A stretch of 63,982 nt of DNA, filler included, from Octopus bimaculoides (GCF_001194135.2; 5 parts of 5 records of this genome joined end to end with filler, not necessarily neighbours in it), one strand, 5' to 3'; positions 29,312-40,168 are shown, numbered from the whole stretch's first letter. Notes: generated by a model not told the origin, from the letters alone. Translations and numbers: made by a program.

Positions 29312-29911
29312 ATATATATACATATATATGCATATACTCAAGGGATATATTTGCTGTTAACTTTTTCTGGGACTCACAATATCTTCATCTTTGATCGCAC
29401 AGACTCTATGTGAGGTTTATGTCATAGACATATGATTACTGTGTTCAAACCGTGTTCGTGGGTTTGAGATTGTGTATCTTCTCTTTCTAGCACTACGCTT
29501 TTCGGTTTAGAGGTTCGTGCTTTATTAAACACTTGAAAGGAAACGTATGTTTCACTAATCTTATATGAAAGACTCCCTGCGCACGTACGCTTTGCAGATA
29601 TAGATATTAAGCCACTTTAATTTGCCATTTTTATGCCTGTATGTGTTATGCTTAGGGAAAATTCAGCAAAATAATCGAAAGCCTAAAGCACTCACTTTTA
29701 TTGCTTTTATGGGCAGAGACACACAATATTAAATTGATAAACTACTGAAGCTAATGTCAGAGGGAGACATCTGGTGTGACACTGAAAACATATCTCCACA
29801 GAGGTCACGTCAAGAGGAAAAATAAGATGCTGAATTATGAGGAGGACAGGTAGAAAAAAGGTGAAGAACAAAAGGAGGAGCGAAAAAGATAAGACGATAA
29901 TAAAGAAGTAT

Positions 29912-30078
29912 AGGAGGAGGAGGAGGAGGAAGAAGAAGAAGAAGAAGAAGAAGAAGAAGAAGAAGAAGAAGAAGAAGAAAAAGAAGAAGAAGAAGAAGAA
30001 GAAGAAGAAGAAGAAGAAGAAGAAGAAGAAGAAGAAGAAGAAGAAGAAAAAGAAGAAGTAGAAGAAGAAGAAGAAGAA
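29912..30078. repeat. (GGA)n(GAA)n purine trinucleotide tract
   Basis: Read directly; source of the poly-K and poly-L ORFs. Confidence 0.97.
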
Positions 30079-30720
30079 TTACATGCATCTTGCTTTCTAT
30101 TTTAGAGTCAGTATACGGTGATATTACATAGATTGTTAATCTATCATACCGACAATGATATGGTATGGAAATAAATGTATACCACAAAATATGTGTTTTG
30201 AATACGGTCGATGAAACTTCTAAAAGCATCAGTTAAATTTCTAAATATTCATATAAAGAAGCAACGTACTGGATAATGTTTTCCGATATAAAACGTAGGA
30301 AAAATTTGAAAACTGGGTTCAGCTCTTTACTTGGATGAAATCTGCCCACATTATTCAAAGGAAAAACGGAAACTACATAGGCAACAATTTTCGTGTTTGA
30401 ACATATAACGAATGCATATATATATATATATGNNNNNNNNNNNNNNNNNNNNNNNNNNNNNNNNNNNNNNNNNNNNNNNNNNNNNNNNNNNNNNNNNNNN
30501 NNNNNNNNNNNNNNNNNNNNNNNNNNNNNNNNNNNNNNNNNNNNNNNNNNNNNNNNNNNNNNNNNNNNNNNNNNNNNNNNNNNNNNNNNNNNNATATATC
30601 TATATGTTCATTTATTTATATATTGAGGGTGATAACTTAAATATTAATTTAATTGACATCAATTTAAAACCACTGGCCTGGCATATAAAAGAATCTGAAA
30701 CTTCAGAAAAATTCTATTAC

Positions 30721-31288
30721 ATGCGTATAAGAAGGGATGACCACTGAGTGGACATCCGATATCCTAGAGAAAGATCATCTACGGTCTAACCACAAAGAAA
30801 AGAATGTTCTCCAGAAAAAAAACTTACAGCAAATACCAGAACACAAGCGTGCAAGACAAATAAAAATATACAAAATAATGAATTAATCGTAGACCGGGTT
30901 TGGGCATCAACTCTTTTCCTTGCGTAAAAACGCCCGGGATTTAGTGCGCCAGCGCTAAGACATTTAAAAATAACTCCAATGTAATCGGTAGAACTGTAAG
31001 CACGTCAAACTTTATGAAGACAATTCTTGTATATTTCTGCAAATTATATTGAATCAGAACGGTTGTACTGACGAGCCACAGACGTTTTTACGTAAGTAAA
31101 TGACTTGTTGGCGAAACTCGGTCTACGATTAATTATTTATTTTCTATATTTTCATTTCTCTTGCCCGCTTGTCTTCTGGTGTTTGGTGAATTTTTTCTAG
31201 AGAACATTCTTTTTTTGTGGTAAGATCGTAGGTGATATTTCTCTAGCATATCGGATGTCCACTTAGTGGTCATCCCTTCTCATACACA
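30721..31288. mobile_element. Divergent inverted-repeat element (~215-bp arms), probably derived from a Penelope-like pseudo-LTR
   Basis: 30721-30935 is the diverged reverse complement of 31080-31288 (agaagggatgaccactgagtggacatccgatat / atatcggatgtccacttagtggtcatcccttct; attaatcgtagaccgg / tcggtctacgattaat). Confidence 0.85.
31061..31130 (+). ncRNA. Type I hammerhead ribozyme, intact core
   Basis: Stem I GGUUGUA/UACGAUU; CUGACGA at 31068-74; stem II GCCA../..UGGC capped by UUUAC-GUAA-GUAAA; GAAA at 31113-16; stem III AC-UCG-GU; GUC cleavage triplet at 31121-23. Confidence 0.8.
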
Positions 31289-31381
31289 TATATGTTTATA
31301 TATATATATGTGTGTGTGTGTGTGTATGTGTATGTGTTTAAAAGTGTGTATCTATATAGATAGAAAGATAGATTGTCGTTG

Positions 31382-31419
31382 AAAGCGGCGAACTGACAGA
31401 AACGTTAGCACGCCGGGCG
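31382..31419 (+). mobile_element. SINE-B head fragment
   Basis: AAAGCGGCGAACTGACAGAAACGTTAGCACGCCGGGCG matches the SINE-B 5' end. Confidence 0.8.
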
Positions 31420-31523
31420 TAACCTACAGAGCCTTTTGCGTTTGTTTACAAATATTATATGTAGTATATACATATATATNNNNNNNNNNNNNNNNNNNNN
31501 NNNNNNNNNNNNNNNNNNNNNNN

Positions 31524-31535
31524 TTAATTAATTAA
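31524..31535. other. Assembly linker TTAATTAATTAA inside a 44N-12-44N gap (also at 49458-69, 51490-501, 62638-49)
   Basis: Identical 12-mer centred in four exactly 100-bp gaps. Confidence 0.95.
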
Positions 31536-31635
31536 NNNNNNNNNNNNNNNNNNNNNNNNNNNNNNNNNNNNNNNNNNNNGAAAGTAGGAAAGAAAAAAGA
31601 AAGAATGAAAGAAGGAAAGAAAGAAAGAAAAGGGG

Positions 31636-31755
31636 TTACGTAACGTCAGGCGGGAAGACGGAAAGGGACAAATTGTGTTAGGGAACCAGGTTTAACGTTG
31701 GGTGACGTTGCTGACGTCAGCAGTGTTGAATGACGTCAGCAACGTTGCTGACGGA
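31636..31755. promoter_or_regulatory. bZIP site cluster: perfect C-MARE, second CRE/Maf half-site, TTACGTAA
   Basis: TTACGTAA 31636-43; TGCTGACGTCAGCA 31709-22; TGACGTCAGCA 31731-41; TGCTGACG about 31746-53; locally CpG-rich in an AT-rich background. Confidence 0.5.
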
Positions 31756-31982
31756 ACAAACACATGATGAATGAATCGGATTTTAATCCGGAACTGTGCG
31801 GATTACGGATTATTGATTATCGATCTGTGTCCTGGTGCCTAACTAGAACACCTTTTCTCTTCTTCACTCCCACTACCACCACCACGATCACCTGCAGCAC
31901 TACCACTACTACCACCACCACCAACTACCACCTCGACAATCACCACTACTACTACAACTACAACTTCTACTACTACTCCTAC

Positions 31983-32918
31983 TCATATATTAAAAGGCAA
32001 GTTGTCTGTATGTCTGTGTGTTTTGTGAACCACTTCTACTACAATTTTCAACCGAATTCCACCAAATTTGACATGTGTGCTATCTTTGACTAAAGACGCT
32101 TTTTCTTATAATTTTTCCCTCGAAATTCCGCGCCCCCCAACATAAATAGACTACTCTCAGTTCGTCTGGGATTTAAACCCACCACGTCTATGTAACGGTA
32201 CGCGTTTGATCTTATATATTAAAAGGCAAGTTGTCTGTCTGTCTGTCTGTGTTTTGTGAACCACTTCTACTCCTACAATTTTCAACCGAATTACGCCAAA
32301 TTTGACATGTGTGCTCTCTTTGACTTAGGACGCTTATTCTTATAATTTTTTCCTCCAACATAAATAGACTACTCTCAGTTCACCTAGGATTTGGCTTGAA
32401 CCAGCGAAAAAACATGACACACACCCAGCTGGAAAAAATCAATACTTTGCTTTGTCAGCTGTGGCAAGCTCTTTATTTAGAGATTAATTCTTTAGCTGTG
32501 GCAAGCTCTTTATTTAGAGATTAATTCTTTAGCTGTGGCAAGCTCTTATCGACTGCTTGCACGGTACTGCCAGAAGTATTTATTTGCGAGTTACGATTTG
32601 CTTCTGTTTTCACGTGAGCGCTCTTTTTCATATTATTATTCCATCTTAAACTAGCCACTTTAAAACTCCTACCCAAGATTAAAAATCCTTAATTTGGTCT
32701 GTTTGATTAACATTTTTTGCAAACTACATTTTACTATTTTTTGGGTGCTACACATTCACCGCTTTTTCTTTAGGACTTTTTCTATTGTGTAAACTGATAA
32801 TTTTCTACCATGCTTTGACAAAAGATCCAATATAGGTCGGCAAACAAACGCTGCAGAGACTGCAGCACAACGCGCAGTTCGACTTACAACCCAGCGAAAC
32901 AGCAGGTAAATATACTAT
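31983..32918 (+). mobile_element. Non-autonomous Helitron-like element with duplicated 5' end and internal 37-bp minisatellite
   Basis: TC..TATATTAAAAGGCAAGTTGTCTGTCTG 5' ends at 31983 and 32210 (A|TC); 3' GC hairpin CCCAGCGAAACAGCAGG then CTAT (decayed CTAG); 37-bp unit repeated 2.5 times from 32457. Confidence 0.7.
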
Positions 32919-33204
32919 TTCTCATTATGTCATATCTTTAGGCTCAACCTTTCCATCTGCTAAACAGCACATGTCAGCAGTTATGTGGTAAGGAAAATAA
33001 ACTCAATTACTGCCGGTTTTTTTTTACAGATCGACCTACTGTCCCATACACACTTACGCATACACACACACACCTACGCGCAAACACACATGCACACATC
33101 CATGCACGCACGCACAGAAACATATACATGTAGACAGAAAGTGTGAGAGACAAGCACTTTCCCTCTCTTCGAACAGCTAAAGAGAAATACACTTATACAC
33201 ATAA

Positions 33205-33346
33205 ACAGAGAGAGAGAGAGAGAGAAGAGGAGAGAGAGAGGGGAGAGAAGTGGAGTGGAGAGGAGAGGGAGAGGAGAGAGAGAGGGGAGAGAGAGAGGGG
33301 AGAGAGAGGGGGAGAGAGAGGAGAGAGCGGTGAGAGAGGGAGAGAG
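33205..33346. repeat. GA-rich polypurine tract
   Basis: Read directly. Confidence 0.9.
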
Positions 33347-35237
33347 AAACACCAAAACATCTGATGTAAAATAAGCCAGCGTCGAATTAACAACGCGCCA
33401 AATAGACAGCGCAAAAACGCCTGTGCCAAAACATTTCATACCCAAAAGAGACGAAGAGGGAAGGCTTGTTGCCTAACCATTGCTCAATATTCAGGACTAA
33501 ACACTAAACTGCCATATTTCAACAAATTCCTTTACTCAACCTACTATTCCTATTACCTTCAACTAATTTCATGCGTCGAGTATACTACACTGTAAAGGTC
33601 AAAAGTTAGGGGTCTATAGTAGTTCGCTTTGGTGTTGAAAGTTCAGTTCTGTTACAGAGTATGAAGTACAGATCTGTTACATAATTAGGACATACACCAA
33701 AGTTCAGTTCTGTTTTATCGTGTATATATTTTGTCTTCGTAATTTGAATAGACGGTGAATGTAGAACTTTCTCACTCTCAGTATGACGTATCGGTCATTT
33801 AAGGAAGCAAGCCCTGCTATAATGTTACACTGGATGACATCGAGTTCGTTTCTAACATAACTCTAATTTTTTTTTATTTTTTTATTTTATGTATATCATA
33901 TCAGTTTCCTGTTTCTTCGTTCTCGATTTTTTTCTTGTTTTTTTTTTATTTTTTATTTTATAGCTTCGCTGGTAGAGAAATGGCGATACCAATGACCTTT
34001 TCGCAGAAATTCCGAAATTGNNNNNNNNNNNNNNNNNNNNNNNNNNNNNNNNNNNNNNNNNNNNNNNNNNNNNNNNNNNNNNNNNNNNNNNNNNNNNNNN
34101 NNNNNNNNNNNNNNNNNNNNNNNNNNNNNNNNNNNNNNNNNNNNNNNNNNNNNNNNNNNNNNNNNNNNNNNNNNNNNNNNNNNNNNNNNNNNNNNNNNNN
34201 NNNNNNNNNNNNNNNNNNNNNNNNNNNNNNNNNNNNNNNNNNNNNNNNNNNNNNNNNNNNNNNNNNNNNNNNNNNNNNNNNNNNNNNNNNNNNNNNNNNN
34301 NNNNNNNNNNNNNNNNNNNNNNNNNNNNNNNNNNNNNNNNNNNNNNNNNNNNNNNNNNNNNNNNNNNNNNNNNNNNNNNNNNNNNNNNNNNNNNNNNNNN
34401 NNNNNNNNNNNNNNNNNNNNNNNNNNNNNNNNNNNNNNNNNNNNNNNNNNNNNNNNNNNNNNNNNNNNNNNNNNNNNNNNNNNNNNNNNNNNNNNNNNNN
34501 NNNNNNNNNNNNNNNNNNNNNNNNNNNNNNNNNNNNNNNNNNNNNNNNNNNNNNNNNNNNNNNNNNNNNNNNNNNNNNNNNNNNNNNNNNNNNNNNNNNN
34601 NNNNNNNNNNNNNNNNNNNNNNNNNNNNNNNNNNNNNNNNNNNNNNNNNNNNNNNNNNNNNNNNNNNNNNNNNNNNNNNNNNNNNNNNNNNNNNNNNNNN
34701 NNNNNNNNNNNNNNNNNNNNNNNNNNNNNNNNNNNNNNNNNNNNNNNNNNNNNNNNNNNNNNNNNNNNNNNNNNNNNNNNNNNNNNNNNNNNNNNNNNNN
34801 NNNNNNNNNNNNNNNNNNNNNNNNNNNNNNNNNNNNNNNNNNNNNNNNNNNNNNNNNNNNNNNNNNNNNNNNNNNNNNNNTGCGCTATCCCGAAACTGGA
34901 AAAGGACAAGACGAAAATAAAAAAATAAAAAAACTCATGATGATCCGAATATTTTCAACAAAATGCTTTTCCTTCAAGTTTTATCCTCAAGGCTCATATA
35001 TCCTCTCTCTACAGTTGCCTCTAAAACCATGACAATAAGATTCTATATATTTTATTTCTTGCGCTATCGGATCAACGAACGACCCCTGGTGACTTCCTTG
35101 ATAAGCACGATTTACCTTGTCATGAAGTTTTCGTGAAAGAAAACGAAGTTGGTCTCCTGCTGCCTTCTTTCGGATGTTTTATCGTTTTTTTTAAACACCA
35201 TCATATCAGTTAGATACAAGCAAGTTCACTACATCCT

Positions 35238-36095
35238 ATTTATTTATTGCCCACAAGGGGCTAAACATAGAGGGGACAAACAAGGACGGACAATAGGGTT
35301 AAGTCGATTACATCGACCCAGTACGTAACTGGTACTTAAATTATCGACCCCGAAAGGATGAAAGGCAAAGTCCACCTCGGCTGAATTTGAACTCAGAACG
35401 TAACGGCAGACGCTAAGTATTTCGCCCGGCATGCTAACGTTTCTTCCAGCTCGCCGCCCTAGATACAAACAAGTTAACTACATCCGCCTGGGTATTCAAA
35501 GCATGAAGAACCGGAACAGCTACCGCAAGACTTCCTTTATAATCACAACATACCTTGTCAAGGAGTTCTCATGAAAGAATACAAAAGGGGTTTCCTAATA
35601 CTGTCTTTCGACTGTTTTATTATCTATTTAAACAGCACCATCGCGTCAGCTCGATAGAAACAAGTTCCTCACATATGCCTTGATATTCAGAACGTAAAGA
35701 ATTGGAACAAATGCCGCAAGGCATTTTATCGAATGCTCTGAAGATTCTTCCAATTCACGGTCTTGTAATGTGGCAAATTGAATGAGTCGAAAGCGCGTTG
35801 GAAAGAATTCCTCGTCCCAAACCTTCAAATACTTCTGAAGTCAACTTTTTCGTTCAACTTTTCCAGCAAAGGTTTCTAATTTTGGTACAAGGTCAACAGA
35901 TTTGAGTGGAGGGGACTAGTTGATTCCATCAAGCCCAGTGCTTTACTGGTACTTTGATTTATCGACCCCGAAAGGATGAAAAGCAAAGTCGACTTCCTTG
36001 ATAGAAATTTGAACGCGGAATATGAAGTACAAGAAGAAACAACACAAGGTATTTTTGTCTGACGCTCTGACGACTTGACTATTTCTTCCCCGCTT
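35238..36095 (-). mobile_element. SINE-B cluster: 35238-35459 (well preserved, tail 1), about 35640-35760 and 35872-36095 (decayed)
   Basis: Each contains the atcgaccccgaaaggatgaaa..caaagtc core or the reversed head. Confidence 0.8.
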
Positions 36096-36197
36096 TCTGA
36101 ATGGACAAAGGGTGAGCTGCAGAACTTGGCTAGAATTAGAAAGCTGTTCAAAATTCAATCCACTCTAAAATACCGATCGACTCTATCTACAAAGAAA

Positions 36198-36530
36198 GGA
36201 AGGTAGGAGAGAATTACTAAACGCAGAAGACAGTTAATACTGCGATACTGGGTCTGAAAAATTATGTTGTGCAGAGTCAAGAAAGACAGAATGACTGAAA
36301 CAGAAGGAGGATTGAAAGAGAAAAGAAAGAACAACAGAGCAAACAAATGGAAAGAAATGAAATTACGTGGTTAATTTATGAAACAAACTAAAAATGTTGG
36401 AAGTAAAGAACGCTGGCTCTGGTTGACGGACGGGAACTTGAAACGCGGCTAATTTTAGTCGCTCAGAAATAAGTCATTAGAACAAATCAGGAAAAGAGAC
36501 GAAGGTATCGATCACCTTTTGAGTGAATGT
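36198..36530 (+). mobile_element. R4/Dong-like (RLE) LINE fragment, post-RT region
   Basis: Relic peptides ELLNAED..AILGLKNYV and WKEMKLRG..WLWLTDGNLK..LILVAQ match the pattern of R4-clade ORFs. Confidence 0.65.
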
Positions 36531-36669
36531 GGTAGACGCCGAAAAGGTGAAAGGCAAAGTTCAGAAAGGAGTCAGATTATTCCTTCAATTGATCAATGAT
36601 GATTTTGTTAACACGGGATCGTCTAACTGACTCCCTATCAAGTTATGTAACCTCCGACGGATAGTATTT

Positions 36670-36845
36670 TCCGCAGGTTATTTGCTATTCCCAAAAGTGT
36701 TGTCTTTTGCAATGTCGTAATGCTGGCACAGATTTCAGTTGTATCAACGTGTTTTTCGCCACCAACCCAATTGCTCCAATCACAATTGGTACTATTCTTG
36801 CTTGCGTATTCCACATTCTTTCGACAACCATTCTCAAGTTTGCAT
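36670..36845 (-). mobile_element. R4/Dong-like LINE C-terminal fragment
   Basis: ERMWNTQARIVPIVIGAIGLV matches the RLE C-terminal W......VPIVIGALG motif. Confidence 0.75.
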
Positions 36846-36860
36846 AGTGTATGATATTGT

Positions 36861-37087
36861 ACGGTGAACTGGCAGAATCGTTAGCACGCCGGGCGAAATA
36901 CTTGACGGTATTTCGTCTGTTTTTGCGTTCTGAGTTCAAATTCCGCCTAGGTTGACTTTGCTTTTCATCCTTTCGGGGTCGATAAATTAAGTACCAGCTG
37001 CGTACTAGGGTCGATCTAATCGACTGGCCCCCTCTCCCTGAATTTTGGGCCTTGTGCCAAGAGTAGAAATGATTATTATTATTAATA
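36861..37087 (+). mobile_element. SINE-B, full length, tail type 2, (ATT)n 3' end
   Basis: CTGGCAGAATCGTTAGCACG A box, GAGTTCAAATTCC B box, ends GAGTAGAAATGATTATTATTATT. Confidence 0.9.
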
Positions 37088-37089
37088 TT

Positions 37090-37640
37090 ATTTTATCGGG
37101 ATAAACTTTACAGGCGCAGAAATGCCCGAGGTGCGCCCATAACGATGAAACTGTTCTGCGCACTCTAGTCCAGTGCCCGAGTATTGCTGACCTGTAGGTT
37201 TATGTCAAACACCTGCTGTCGCGTGTGGGAATCCGGCTATCAGCTGAATACATTGTGAAGATTGCCCCGCCGCCCTCTTTTGGCCGGGAGGGACAGACAA
37301 TTTTTATTTGTCTAGTGGCTGTAGCGAAAGTGCTAAAGGCAGACACTTTTCTCTTTGGCCAAGCCCTTATCAACTTTTTCAAGTTTCACTTGAAAAGGAA
37401 GTTGACAGTGAAGGGGGAAGTGTTGTCTTCTAGCAAGTTTGTTGAAAGGTGGGTGAATGCTGGAAGAATGGCCAGTGTGAAAGGATAAATTCTGAGCGTG
37501 GCTTTTGTGGGGTTTTCCACGAGGACCTTTAAAGCACCTCACGTTTTGGGAGTTTTTATATTGTTTAATTTTATTTGTTAGTTATTGTTTGCACGCCAAA
37601 AACCCTTTGTCACGTCTTGTGTTGTCTTTTATGTACACAA
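37090..37640 (+). mobile_element. L1/Tx1-like LINE 3' end
   Basis: FICLVAVAK..GQALINFFKFHLKRKL..KFVERWV resembles the Tx1-type ORF2 C-terminus; followed by a T-rich 3' UTR. Confidence 0.6.
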
Positions 37641-37667
37641 TATATAGTTATGAGCTACTAATAGTTT

Positions 37668-37847
37668 TGTAGTAACGCCGTGCGCATGCGTAGTCTCACG
37701 CATGCTTAGAATTAAACAACCAAGCGTTCCCGCTCAATTCATCCTCTTTCTCGCTGGCCAGCGATTGAGAGGATGAATTGAGCGGGAACGCTTGGTTGTT
37801 TAATTCTACGCATGCGTGAGACTAGGCATGCGCACGGCGTTACTACA
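37668..37847. mobile_element. 180-bp palindromic (foldback) MITE with TGT...ACA ends and GTTT TSD
   Basis: Arms are complementary about 37757/37758 with two mismatches and one 3x3 internal loop; GTTT at 37664-67 and 37848-51. Confidence 0.85.
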
Positions 37848-39073
37848 GTTTCATACATTGGAGATGTTTTCTAGGCAGGTTTTAATAACACGCCTAGTGT
37901 CTCCAAGTCCGAAGATTGTGTGCAGACACTACGCATGTTATTAAAACTATATACTGGGTACATTAAATAATATTTATCTCTCACCAGATGGAGTACTTTT
38001 TTGAGCTTGCCTTAACGGAAAAGTAAACTCTGTGTGTACATACATATATACACCACACAAACACACACACACACACACACACACANNNNNNNNNNNNNNN
38101 NNNNNNNNNNNNNNNNNNNNNNNNNNNNNNNNNNNNNNNNNNNNNNNNNNNNNNNNNNNNNNNNNNNNNNNNNNNNNNNNNNNNNNNNNNNNNNNNNNNN
38201 NNNNNNNNNNNNNNNNNNNNNNNNNNNNNNNNNNNNNNNNNNNNNNNNNNNNNNNNNNNNNNNNNNNNNNNNNNNNNNNNNNNNNNNNNNNNNNNNNNNN
38301 NNNNNNNNNNNNNNNNNNNNNNNNNNNNNNNNNNNNNNNNNNNNNNNNNNNNNNNNNNNNNNNNNNNNNNNNNNNNNNNNNNNNNNNNNNNNNNNNNNNN
38401 NNNNNNNNNNNNNNNNNNNNNNNNNNNNNNNNNNNNNNNNNNNNNNNNNNNNNNNNNNNNNNNNNNNNNNNNNNNNNNNNNNNNNNNNNNNNNNNNNNNN
38501 NNNNNNNNNNNNNNNNNNNNNNNNNNNNNNNNNNNNNNNNNNNNNNNNNNNNNNNNNNNNNNNNNNNNNNNNNNNNNNNNNNNNNNNNNNNNNNNNNNNN
38601 NNNNNNNNNNNNNNNNNNNNNNNNNNNNNNNNNNNNNNNNNNNNNNNNNNNNNNNNNNNNNNNNNNNNNNNNNNNNNNNNNNNNNNNNNNNNNNNNNNNN
38701 NNNNNNNNNNNNNNNNNNNNNNNNNNNNNNNNNNNNNNNNNNNNNNNNNNNNNNNNNNNNNNNNNNNNNNNNNNNNNNNNNNNNNNNNNNNNNNNNNNNN
38801 NNNNNNNNNNNNNNNNNNNNNNNNNNNNNNNNNNNNNNNNNNNNNNNNNNNNNNNNNNNNNNNNNNNNNNNNNNNNNNNNNNNNNNNNNNNNNNNNNNNN
38901 NNNNNNNNNNNNNNNNNNNNNNNNNNNNNNNNNNNNNNNNNNNNNNNNNNNNNNNNNNNNNNNNNNNNNNNNNNNNNNNNNNNNNNNNNNNNNNNNNNNN
39001 NNNNNNNNNNNNNNNNNNNNNNNNNNNNNNNNNNNNNNNNNNNNNNNNNNNNNNNNNNNNNNNNNNNNNNNNN

Positions 39074-39727
39074 CTATGTTTGCCCCTCACCAATGGAATA
39101 TGCATGACACCACCATGAACAACAACGCCCGTACCAACAACATCTGCGAAGGATGGAATAATAAATTCTTCAACCTCGTTGGCCACTACCATTCTTCACT
39201 CTGGCGTGTCATTTAATGATTTCAACCTGGAGAAGCGACAGCGAGCACCATTATCCAGCAGGATGTTGTTGGTAGCCCACCTCAAAGAAGAGTTCGTCGA
39301 CGCTATGTGCAGCTACAAGAACACCTTCGCAACTTGTGTTGCTCGACGGGAGGACCACAAGACTGTGGCAGAGTTTCTTCGTGGCGTCGGCTGGAATATT
39401 CGTCTTAATCATTAGCATTAATATATATGTAATTACATGTAATGTAATATACATGTAATGCCACGATATTATGTAAGCTATTTTTAGTCTGTACTGTGAA
39501 TAACTGACCGACTTAAATATTTTTGTTTAATTACCTTACTTTCCTTAAGATATGAACAAAACGTTGTTTTTTTCCCACGTACATGTAATGACATCATATA
39601 TAAATGTGATGGCATTGTGACTTTTTTCTATGACTTTTTTCTTGTGACTTTTTTCCTGTGACTTTATTACCGGCCACCATAAATTAATTATGACTTTTTT
39701 TCCTGTAACTTTATTACCGGCCAGCCC
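39074..39727 (+). mobile_element. MULE (Mutator-like) transposase C-terminus plus terminal region with TGACTTTTT subrepeats
   Basis: RTNNICEGWNNKFFNLVGHYHSSLWRVI matches the MULE RTNN..EGW motif; tandem (T)GACTTTTTTCC / GACTTTATTACCGGCCA units at 39615-39727. The 5' part is in the gap. Confidence 0.75.
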
Positions 39728-40168
39728 TGGGACTTCCTCATAAAGACATTGACGCAAAAAGACCAGATAGGATTATAGGACACGAAATAAACAGTGAAAT
39801 GTTAATAGATTTTGCAATTCCCTGTAATAGCAGAGTCAATACCAAAGAAATTGAAAAAAAAAACTGAGAAATATCAGGATCTAGCCAGAGAATCGAGGAG
39901 ACTGTGGAAGACCAAAAACAACATTTATTCTTGTATTTGGCACAACACCCAAAATACTGCCTAAAAGAATGAAAGAAATTGGAATTGATACTCACATGGT
40001 TGACCTGCAGAAAAGTACCATCCTATAGTCTTCAAAAATCTTAAGAAAGATTCTTGAGATTTAAGGAGGCTTGTCACTAAGCCTCAAGATAAAATACCTG
40101 CTAAATTAGAATGCACTAGCGTAACAACAACAACAACAACAACGACAACAGCAGCAACGACGACGACG

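Noticed and set aside
31524-31535. TTAATTAATTAA islands inside N runs (four sites)
   Set aside because: Always centred in a 44N+12+44N, 100-bp gap; an artificial all-frame-stop scaffolding linker, not biology.
32457-32547. Regularly spaced direct repeats (CRISPR-like)
   Set aside because: Contiguous 37-bp tandem units with no unique spacers, in eukaryotic DNA; a minisatellite inside a Helitron-like element.
29912-33346. Long purine tracts (GAA)n and (GA)-rich as triplex/H-DNA elements
   Set aside because: Structurally possible, but such tracts are ubiquitous in this kind of genome and nothing marks these as special.
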